In this document: piece after piece, positions 36,128 to 43,489 of the stretch
Numbering within the stretch: position 1 is the first letter of the stretch
Layout: every line of letters starts with the position of its first letter
Source of the DNA: Hadesarchaea archaeon
GTDB lineage: Archaea; Hadarchaeota; Hadarchaeia; Hadarchaeales; Hadarchaeaceae
Direction of reading: 5' to 3'
NCBI GenBank assembly: GCA_029259175.1
Contig: JAPDJH010000016.1
Coordinates: 1-43,489, forward strand
Length of the DNA: 43,489 nucleotides
The notes under the pieces: model-generated
Databases searched by the model: none
What the model was told of the DNA's origin: nothing
Seen by the model: the letters and a program-made list of their open reading frames with translations, nothing else
Translations under genes and position numbers: made by a program

Positions 36128-37474
36128 ATGATTTTGCACCGAGACTCCTTTGGCATCTGGAGCCTCATCGCCAAGCGCGCGTTCAAGGCGGTTTTCAGAA
36201 AACCCCGACAGCGGGAAGCCCGGCATGAAATCCGCGAATCCTTGAGCGAAAGAGAGATCGCGGTATACCTCCACATTCCGTTTTGCAAGGGCATCTGCAC
36301 ATTCTGCCCCTATGTGCGCTACCCGCTCAGGTCCAACAGGCTCCTGCGCGAGTACTTGGGCGCGCTCGAGCGCGAGATCTCCCTTTACGGGAAACTCCTG
36401 TCAGATCTCAACCTCAAAGTAACCGACATTCACGTTGGAGGGGGAACCCCCAGCCTGCTCGAGGGCAAGGATTTCAAAAGACTCCTGGGAGCCCTCAACG
36501 AACACTTTGATTCTCCTGATACGATCGCCATCGAAGCCAACCCCGAGGATCTCCAGCGGAAAGAGAAAGTTTCAAAACTGGTGGAGGCTGGTGTGCGAGA
36601 GGTCAGTCTGGGTGTCCAGTCCTTCAGCGATGGCGGGCTGAGAAAACTGGGCAGGCGGCACGATTCAAGCGATTCCATTAGAGCGATCGAAAACCTGCGC
36701 GACGCTGGTTTGGATTATCTCAATCTAGATCTCATGTACATGCTTCCCGGCCAAGAACTCGAAGAGTGGACGCGCGATCTGGAGAGGGCCGCAGAATCGG
36801 GCGCAGATGAGATAACCTGCTACCCCACGCTCGTGGCTGAGCACTGCACGGCTTACAAGCTTGCAAAGGCCGGGAAGCTCGAGCTGCGCCAGCCGGGCAT
36901 GAGGACCTTCAAGCAGATGGTGTACGCGGCCGAGCGAGTTTTGCCCAGCCACGGGTACGAGCCGGTGGAAATTTACGGGTACAGCTGGAAGGATGGGTGG
37001 AAATATGCGACGGTGAACTACGAGCTGGAAGGCCCCCTGCTGGGCTTCGGCTGCGGCGCGTGCGGATTCACGGGAGGATACGAATACCAGAACACCTGCA
37101 GCGTCGAGGAATACATTCGCGCGCTGGGGAAAGACGAGCTCCCCGTGGCGGGAGGGAGAGCGGTCGGTCTGGCGGAGCGCGCCGTTCGGTATGCGGTGTG
37201 CAGGCTGTTCGTGTGCAGGGAGCTCGATCTGCACGGCTTCAAGCGCAAGCTGGGGGAGGATTTTGAAAAGGCGGTTGGGAAGGGATTCAGCATCGCCCTG
37301 CACCTGCTCGAAACGCTCGGGCACATCAGGCGAAAGGGCCGAAAGCTTACCCTCTCCCGGCGGGGTCTTTTCACTGCCCATCTCGCGTGCTGGTCGTTCG
37401 TGCTTAACGTTCCCTGCCGGATAAGTGAGGAGTTCCTGAAAGCCCCTTGGCCCACCGAGGTGCGGATTCCCTAG
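36128..37474 (+). CDS. HemN/HemW-like radical SAM protein
   Basis: YLHIPFCKGICTFC, GGGTPS, EANP, SLGVQSF, DLMYMLPGQ. Confidence 0.9.
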   Translation: MILHRDSFGIWSLIAKRAFKAVFRKPRQREARHEIRESLSEREIAVYLHIPFCKGICTFCPYVRYPLRSNRLLREYLGALEREISLYGKLLSDLNLKVTDIHVGGGTPSLLEGKDFKRLLGALNEHFDSPDTIAIEANPEDLQRKEKVSKLVEAGVREVSLGVQSFSDGGLRKLGRRHDSSDSIRAIENLRDAGLDYLNLDLMYMLPGQELEEWTRDLERAAESGADEITCYPTLVAEHCTAYKLAKAGKLELRQPGMRTFKQMVYAAERVLPSHGYEPVEIYGYSWKDGWKYATVNYELEGPLLGFGCGACGFTGGYEYQNTCSVEEYIRALGKDELPVAGGRAVGLAERAVRYAVCRLFVCRELDLHGFKRKLGEDFEKAVGKGFSIALHLLETLGHIRRKGRKLTLSRRGLFTAHLACWSFVLNVPCRISEEFLKAPWPTEVRIP

Positions 37475-37477
37475 CTC

Positions 37478-37663
37478 ACGTGACGTTACCGTGCCAGTCC
37501 TGCTGTCGCTCAGGCCGCCGGATGAGTTCCCCACCAGCACGTTGGCGGTGACTAGGTTCTTGTCACACTCGCTGTCAGAGAGGTGAACGCCGAGTCCGTG
37601 CCCCTCAACACGGTTGTTTGTGATCACGTTGTAGTCGAACGTTGACAGGTAGATCCCGTAATA
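37478..37663 (-). pseudogene. Right-handed beta-helix (NosD-like) C-terminal remnant
   Basis: YYGIYLSTFDYNVITNNRVEGHGLGVHL...KNLVTANVLVGN; in-frame stops just upstream. Confidence 0.55.
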
Positions 37664-37767
37664 GGTGCTGGGAGTCTATCAAGAGACTCCATAGTATTTA
37701 GAACGCGAAACAGTAAAAGTCGAGGGCGGTGGGGTTATTAAGCGCGAGCGGTTCAGAGTTAACCGGT

Positions 37768-37843
37768 GGCCAGGGTGGTGTAGTCTGGTCTAACATCCGG
37801 GACTGTGGATCCCGTGACCCGGGTTCAAATCCCGGCCCTGGCC
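37768..37843 (+). tRNA. tRNA-His(GTG) with genomic G-1
   Basis: GCCAGGG acceptor, CGGGA-CT GTG GA-TCCCG, GGTTCAAATCC, C73; CCA not encoded. Confidence 0.95.
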
Positions 37844-37925
37844 CTTCACCACAAGGTGCTTGTTGTCGCGGCGAAGTAAGGTAGCCAACTATTTAGGCGA
37901 CTCTAAAATGATTTATTCGGAGTTC

Positions 37926-38591
37926 ATGAAACGTCCTTACGTAATTCTGAACGCTGCGATGACTGTTGATGGAAAGATTGCCACGCGGGCGGGGGACAGC
38001 CAGATATCGTGCCCGGCAGATCTCAAGCGCTTACATCGCCTGAGATCCCGAGTTGATGCTGTAATGGTGGGGGCTGGAACCATTCTCTCCGACGATCCCT
38101 CTCTCACCGTTAGACGAGTAAAGGGCAGAAATCCTCTGCGTGTTGTGGTGGACGGTAGAGCTCGAGTTCCACCGACCGCTCGCGTGTTTCGAGGTGGACC
38201 ACCAACTGTTGTAGCAGTGGGGTCCAGAGCCCCCAGATCGAGAATTGAGGGGCTTCGACGCGTGGCTGAGGTGTGGGTGTTCTCAGGCCCACCCATAGAC
38301 CTGCGCGAACTCTTGGCGAAGCTTTACGCGCGCGGAGTCAAAAGACTCTTGCTCGAGGGGGGATCTACTCTGAACTGGCACATGATGCGGAGCGGGCTGG
38401 TCGATGAATTGCGCGTGTCGATCTCGCCTCGTGTGGTGGGCGGGGAGTCCGCCAAGACTCTTGTCGGAGGTGAAGGATTTGCGCGAGTGTCGGAGGGAGT
38501 CAGGCTGAAGCTCAGGCAAATCCAACGAGTGGGCAGAGATCTTCTCCTCGTTTTCGAGGTGAGGGGGAGTGGTGCTTCGAAAAATTGCTGA
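37926..38591 (+). CDS. 2,5-diamino-6-ribosylamino-4(3H)-pyrimidinone 5'-phosphate reductase (RibD C-terminal/Rib7)
   Basis: AMTVDGKIA, VMVGAGTILSDDPSLTVR, LLEGGSTLN. Confidence 0.92.
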   Translation: MKRPYVILNAAMTVDGKIATRAGDSQISCPADLKRLHRLRSRVDAVMVGAGTILSDDPSLTVRRVKGRNPLRVVVDGRARVPPTARVFRGGPPTVVAVGSRAPRSRIEGLRRVAEVWVFSGPPIDLRELLAKLYARGVKRLLLEGGSTLNWHMMRSGLVDELRVSISPRVVGGESAKTLVGGEGFARVSEGVRLKLRQIQRVGRDLLLVFEVRGSGASKNC

Positions 38592-39279
38592 TGGGTTTTT
38601 CTTAATAGGCGTCGCCCACGTGCTTCCAAGCTCGGTGGTAGAAGTTCGTGAGGTGATCCGACGCGAGCGCCCCGAAATCGTTGCGGTGGAGTTGTGCCCA
38701 TACCGGCTTGCAGTCATTTCTGGACGAGCGGCTCCTGCTGAATCGTCGAGGAGAAATCCTTTTGAATCGTTATTAACTGGCATGCTGGGTTTCCTACAGG
38801 AAAAGTTTGCTAGACGCACAGGTTCAGCTGTTGGACACGAGATGATGGTGGCGATCGAGGAGGCAAAACAGGTGGGCGCGCGAATCGAACTCATCGATCG
38901 TGACATCCGCGAAACCATGGAGCAGCTGAACTCCTCCATGTCACTGGTTGAGCGTATCCGGATGTTCTTGCAGGCGCTAGCGGTTCTCCTGCTTCCGCCA
39001 CGACAAGCAGATTTGAGCCGACTCACCGAAGACGAAGTAGTGCAGCACTTGGTCGAGGAGTTCAGAAAGATGTCCCCATCCGCTTACCGCGTGATGATCG
39101 AGGAGCGAGATGAGTACATGGCTGAGCGTCTTTCTCCATTCCTGCTCGATCGGCGCAGAGTGGTGTGCGTGGTCGGAGCAGGCCATCTGCCGGGACTCGA
39201 GCACCGGCTGAGAGAAACTTTAATGGAGTGGGAGCGCAGGGTGTGGTGGAGAGGATCTTTGGAGTGGTGGAGTGCTTGA
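38569..39279 (+). CDS. TraB/GumN (TIKI) family protein
   Basis: GVAHV, VAVELC, LIDRDI, ERDEYMA, VVGAGH. Confidence 0.9.
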   Translation: MVLRKIADGFFLIGVAHVLPSSVVEVREVIRRERPEIVAVELCPYRLAVISGRAAPAESSRRNPFESLLTGMLGFLQEKFARRTGSAVGHEMMVAIEEAKQVGARIELIDRDIRETMEQLNSSMSLVERIRMFLQALAVLLLPPRQADLSRLTEDEVVQHLVEEFRKMSPSAYRVMIEERDEYMAERLSPFLLDRRRVVCVVGAGHLPGLEHRLRETLMEWERRVWWRGSLEWWSA

Positions 39280-40022
39280 TTCAGACGGAAGCAGTTGGAA
39301 GTGCTATAGTTCTGTCGTTGTTGTCGTTTGTTGGGCTCGCGTTCTTTTACTGCCGAGAGCGCACGATCGATAGGCTCATGCTGGCACTGAGTTCGTTTGC
39401 ATCTGGAATGCTGGTGGGTGTTTCGTTTCTCCACTCCCTGCCAGCGGCCCTGGAAGAAACAGGTTTTGTGACGGAGGGCTCCGGTTTTGTTTTTTCCATA
39501 GTGCTGTTCGGAGTTGTTGTGTGCTTTCTGCTGGAGCGTGTTTTTTATTGGCGCCATCTGCACGAGGGGATAACGGAGATAATGCCTCTCACACCAATCA
39601 ATGCTCTCGGCGATGCCGTTCACTATTTCATTGTGGGTGCGGGACTGGCGGCGGCCTTTCACATTTCGAGTTCAGTTGGTTTCTGGATGTTCGTTGCGTT
39701 TTTCCTCCACACGGTTCCGCAGGAGCTGAGCGATTCCGCACAGCTACTGCATGGGGGGGCCGGAAGAGGGCGGATGCTGGGAATAAATCTGGCGTCTTCC
39801 ATCTTTGCCGTGGTGGGAGCGGTGATAGTGTCCGTATTGTTTGATTTGGGAAGAATCGCTCCTTATCTGCTGGCGTTTATTGCGGGTTTCATGCTGTATG
39901 CGGGGATAGTGGATATCACCTTCAGAGCACGGCCAGAGAAGATCGAAAAGCGCTCTGTTATGCAGCTCGCCTTTTTCATAGCGGCAGTGGTGCTGGTGCA
40001 GGCTGCCCAGATGGTGGGGTAG
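39276..40022 (+). CDS. ZIP-family metal transporter
   Basis: FASGMLVGVSFLHSLP, HTVPQELSD, AFIAGFMLYAG; TTGA overlap with traB. Confidence 0.85.
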   Translation: MIQTEAVGSAIVLSLLSFVGLAFFYCRERTIDRLMLALSSFASGMLVGVSFLHSLPAALEETGFVTEGSGFVFSIVLFGVVVCFLLERVFYWRHLHEGITEIMPLTPINALGDAVHYFIVGAGLAAAFHISSSVGFWMFVAFFLHTVPQELSDSAQLLHGGAGRGRMLGINLASSIFAVVGAVIVSVLFDLGRIAPYLLAFIAGFMLYAGIVDITFRARPEKIEKRSVMQLAFFIAAVVLVQAAQMVG

Positions 40023-40068
40023 CAGCCAATCCCTTATTAGGGAGGGAAAGTAGAATAATGTGAGTTGG

Positions 40069-40263
40069 ATGGTGGATGAACAAACTGTGGAGAAATTGCG
40101 AACGATGTTGAGCGTCCCGATTGAGCGCGTTGAGGAAACTCCCGGGGAGCTTGTTGTTTATATAAAGAAGGATCAAATAGCGCGGGCAATCGGATCTGGA
40201 GGAGCGGTAGTCCGATCGGCGGAGCTGATTTTGGGGAAAAAGCTGGTCCTCAAAGAAGTGTGA
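40069..40263 (+). CDS. Single KH-domain (NusA-like) protein
   Basis: ARAIGSGG GxxG loop. Confidence 0.75.
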   Translation: MVDEQTVEKLRTMLSVPIERVEETPGELVVYIKKDQIARAIGSGGAVVRSAELILGKKLVLKEV

Positions 40264-40311
40264 GCGCGGCCATAGGTTTATTAGCAGAACGGACCAAGAG
40301 GGAGTGGGGAG

Positions 40312-40551
40312 ATGGAAATGGTGAGCGCGTATATTCTCATAACTGCGAACATCGGGCAGGTTAAGCGAGTTGCTCGGGAACTGAAAAAAATAAAGGGCGT
40401 GAAGTCGGTGCATGTGGTGACGGGGAACTACGACATAATCGCCTTTGTTGAAGCGCCGGATCTGCACGCGCTGAGTTCGACGGTGGTGGACCGCATTCAC
40501 AGGGTAAAGGGCGTGGTCGACACCAACACCGCTGTGGTCGTTGATTTCTGA
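40312..40551 (+). CDS. Stand-alone Lrp/AsnC ligand-binding domain protein
   Basis: AYILI, VTGNYDIIA, GVVDTNT. Confidence 0.88.
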   Translation: MEMVSAYILITANIGQVKRVARELKKIKGVKSVHVVTGNYDIIAFVEAPDLHALSSTVVDRIHRVKGVVDTNTAVVVDF

Positions 40552-40566
40552 AGGAGCAACGGCTCG

Positions 40567-41805
40567 TTAGGAAATGGCTTCCTCGTAAATTTTGATCGTT
40601 TCGTCAGCCACGCGGTCTAGGGTGAACCGCTCTAGAACACGGCGTCTGGCGTTTTCACCCAGCTTTTGACGCAGTTGTGAATCCTGGAGGAACTCGACAG
40701 CAAATTTTGCGATGTCGTAGGGGTCGTAGGGGTTCACGTGCGCGCCACACCGGTCAGGACCAGCGTGGACTACTTGTTCTCTGAGGCCCGAGATTCCGGT
40801 GGCCCCAACGATTACGGGCTTGCCCATGCTCATCGCTTCGGTGCACACGATTCCGAAGGGCTCGTACTTGGAGGGGAAGATAGCAACGTCGCAGGCGGCG
40901 TAATACAGGAGACGCTCGTCCTCGCTGACGTACCGGTAGTGCAGGCGAACGGCGTTCTGGATCCCGAGTTGGTGCACGAGGCTCGTGATGAGCCCCTCCT
41001 GATCTCCTTTTCCGAGGATCACAAGTTTGGCGTCTGGCACTTCGCGCAGGATCGTGGGCATTGCGCGGACGAGGGTGTCGGCCCCCTTGACCCACGAGAG
41101 ACGCCCTATGAACAGGATCATGGGGTCGGAGCCAACCCCGATTTTTTCACGGAACTCCTCCACCTGTTTTTTTGAGAAGCGTCCGGGATCGTATTTCTGT
41201 TCGTCCACGCCGTTGTACACGACGCGGATCTTTCGCTCCTCATATCCGAGGGAGATGAGCTGGTCGCGCATGCTGTAGCTCACGGTCACGACGAGCTTTG
41301 CTGTTCGGGCTCCGAGGCGCTCGAAGTTCTTGATGGTGGGGGAGCCGTCGCCGCTCCTGCCCTCCTCGACCGAGTGGAGGTGGAAGACGAAGGGCAGGTT
41401 GAGCTCGCGCTTGCACAGGATTCCCGCCATGGAGGACAGCCAGTCGTGCGCAACGATGATGTCGAATTTGCGCTTGTCGGTTCGGACGAGCAGGTTGACG
41501 GTTTTGGTCGCGGAGAGGATGTTGTACATCCACACCTGGGCGAAGTAGTCCTGGGACTCTACGGGCCAGCGCTTGACGTCTTCCGGGACCATGAGGGGGA
41601 GCAGGTCGACGGCGTTGACGGTGAGCGGTCGATGGACTTCGACCCCCTCCACGAGGTCGCGCGTGATGGCGTCACCGGGGTTCTTGGCGAAAACGGTCAC
41701 GCTGTGTCCCATCCGGGCGAAGCGACGGGCCATCTCGAACGCGTAGGTGCCGAGGCCTCCGACGAAGTAGGGAGGGAATTCGAAGGGAAGGTACAGGATG
41801 TTCAT
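40567..41805 (-). CDS. Glycosyltransferase family 4
   Basis: EFPPYFVGGLG, HDW, FIGRL, KG, YEPFGIVCTEAM. Confidence 0.92.
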   Translation of the reverse strand: MNILYLPFEFPPYFVGGLGTYAFEMARRFARMGHSVTVFAKNPGDAITRDLVEGVEVHRPLTVNAVDLLPLMVPEDVKRWPVESQDYFAQVWMYNILSATKTVNLLVRTDKRKFDIIVAHDWLSSMAGILCKRELNLPFVFHLHSVEEGRSGDGSPTIKNFERLGARTAKLVVTVSYSMRDQLISLGYEERKIRVVYNGVDEQKYDPGRFSKKQVEEFREKIGVGSDPMILFIGRLSWVKGADTLVRAMPTILREVPDAKLVILGKGDQEGLITSLVHQLGIQNAVRLHYRYVSEDERLLYYAACDVAIFPSKYEPFGIVCTEAMSMGKPVIVGATGISGLREQVVHAGPDRCGAHVNPYDPYDIAKFAVEFLQDSQLRQKLGENARRRVLERFTLDRVADETIKIYEEAIS

Positions 41806-41856
41806 AGAATCACCAAAAAGCAAACTCTGGAGTTAATAAATGGATTTCGGTTAAAA

Positions 41857-41932
41857 TGGTAGCCCCGGCCGGATTCGAACCGGCGTCAGCGGATCCAGAG
41901 TCCGCCAGGATTGACCGCTACCCCACGGGGCT
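41857..41932 (-). tRNA. tRNA-Gln(CTG), CCA encoded
   Basis: AGCCCCG acceptor, GCGGA-CT CTG GA-TCCGC, GGTTCGAATCC, ACCA. Confidence 0.95.
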
Positions 41933-41983
41933 ACCGAATAAAGTAGGGCTAGTGTGATTTTTAATTTCGCTGGCTAGCGCGTT

Positions 41984-43019
41984 CTAGCCGAGAGCTTCTC
42001 TACCAACAACGGCTAAAAGGAGTTGGCGATCAGATGCACTGCGTGCAACTATGTGCCAATTTGCCAGCTTGACGTTGTGTAACCCGGCCTCTTTCACGGC
42101 TAAGAATGCGCGTGTTAGCTCGTTAAACGCGGGTGGTCTGATTTGGGTGAGCTGGTATTCTGGAAAGAATGCGAGAATAGTGAATGGGATGTGTGTCGCT
42201 CTCTCGGACGAGTCTGGCGATTTGCTGGATCTGATTGGTTTCTACCCAGCCCGGGATGTAAAGGGTGAGGACTTCGAGCACGGAACCGGCGTCGATTATT
42301 CTAGCCGGGGCTTCTATCACCGTTTGATTGTCCGTTCCGCAGAGGCGACGGTACACGTTCGGATCGTGAGCCTTGATGTTCAACCAGAGAGAATCAACTT
42401 CGGCGCTTGCGAGTAGTTCCAAATTGCGCGGAGTAAGAGTAAAGCCGTTTGTCTCGATCAGCACCCACATATCGCGTTCACATGCTCGCTTGATGTGCTC
42501 AGTGGCTTCGGCATAGAACTCTGGTCTGCACACGAGATCGCCGCCCGTGAAGGCGACGATGTTGTGGGCCGGGCCGTAGCCCTGGGGACTGAGAACTACT
42601 TGGTCCGGGTTCAGTTTGTGCAGACAGAGGTCGCCGCGAGCACCAAGTGTTTTGCAGGCCCTGCAGTGCATGCACAGATCGGTAGCGTGAAACATGGTGG
42701 CGCGCTCGTGGGACTCGCGGGCGGTCGCACAGCTCGTAGTCGGCTACCATTCGTGGGAGGTCGTCGGTGGAAGCCCAGAAGCCGATGGCGTGTTAGGTGA
42801 AGCGCCAGGAGTGGCACTTGAGGCACGAGTGGTTGCACCCGCCCTGGTAGATGCTGAAGTAGTCCTCGGGACGAGAGAGGTGTGCGGCGGCGATAAGGCG
42901 CTCCCAGCCGTGGGGGCCGCGTCTCAGGGTAGCTTCACACGCCAGCTGGGAGCCGTTGGGGGTCTGGGTCAGTAGGCCCCACGGAAGAATCCTTGGGCCA
43001 GCATCGGGCAGCGGGTCAT
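41984..43019 (-). pseudogene. Radical SAM (PFL-activase-like) pseudogene
   Basis: AHLSRPEDYFSIYQGGCNHSCLKCHSWRFT* with an in-frame TAA; FTGGD and ETNG in another frame; frameshifted FTILAFFPEY tail. Confidence 0.8.
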
Positions 43020-43125
43020 CAGTTCAAAATTGGAAGCAGTTGTTTTTACTCACGCTGGTTGCGTCGCTGTTTTTCTTTATAAACGATTTTCATCCAAAAC
43101 TTCGGCGGGAGGTGAGTGTGTGGGG

Positions 43126-43470
43126 TTTCTAGACACGTGTCTAGAAAAAGAAGTGCCGTGCTTTTCGTCTGGGATGCCAAGACCGCGAGTCCGGAGCGCA
43201 AGACGTTCTGCGCGAAGCTCTCCGGTTACGGCGGCTATGGGGAGTGCTCTGGGAGACCCCTAGGAGACTTGGATTTCTAAATCGGCGATTTTAGTTGCGG
43301 AAAAACATGCGTCCAAGCTCCGGGCACTGCTTTCGAGCTATGAGGGGATTATTCAATAGCATGAGTTCAGCGTTCACGTTTCCGGTGAACTCGGAATTCG
43401 GCGGGCTTCTAGACACGTGTCTAGAAAGCCGAATGTCGAGGCGTGAGTGTCCTCTAGACACGTGTCTAGA
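43126..43470. repeat. Three copies of the perfect palindrome TCTAGACACGTGTCTAGA
   Basis: Copies at 43128-43145, 43408-43425 and 43453-43470. Confidence 0.95.
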
Positions 43471-43489
43471 TTCAACCCTTTTATCCGGC

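Noticed and set aside
36725-37627. 300-aa minus-strand ORF
   Set aside because: Only the first ~50 codons look real (beta-helix remnant); the rest is antisense to the radical SAM gene.
43030-43263. 77-aa ORF spanning the first palindrome
   Set aside because: No recognisable motif; a GTG start after the RBS is possible but cannot be supported further.
43128-43470. CRISPR array interpretation
   Set aside because: Repeats are too short, gaps are 262 and 27 bp, and no cas genes are in the window.

Overview
Archaeal chromosomal DNA, judged from TATA/BRE-type promoters, GGTGA/GGAGG ribosome-binding sites, archaeal tRNAs, TIP49 and archaeal-type Ogg. The Ig-like repeat style and gene set suggest a Hadarchaeota-like lineage (inference). 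Core content: hypF (runs off the left edge, absent from the ORF track), yunC-hypE, a PHP hydrolase, a GET3/ArsA ATPase, five tandem CBS-domain genes, rpiA, ogg, mvk plus a UbiD decarboxylase, a HerA/DUF87 ATPase, vapBC, TIP49, a complete 14-gene Mrp-Mbh [NiFe] hydrogenase operon with hycI/hypB/hypA, a HemN-like radical SAM enzyme, rib7, traB, a ZIP transporter, a GT4 glycosyltransferase and three tRNAs (Gly, His, Gln). An accessory block next to tRNA-Gly holds IS110 and other transposase remnants around a large secreted C25 (gingipain-like) protease. The best candidates for undescribed systems are: (1) a Xis/BldC-like HTH gene preceded by 10-bp-phased GTGGACAAAA repeats, coupled to an ExeA-like AAA+ ATPase with an amphipathic tail and followed by an HTH gene with a perfect 11-bp inverted repeat; (2) a NikR-geometry operator ahead of two paralogous small membrane proteins leading hypA-hypB; (3) three copies of a perfect 18-bp parS-like palindrome at the right edge. 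All calls come from reading the sequence; no searches were run.
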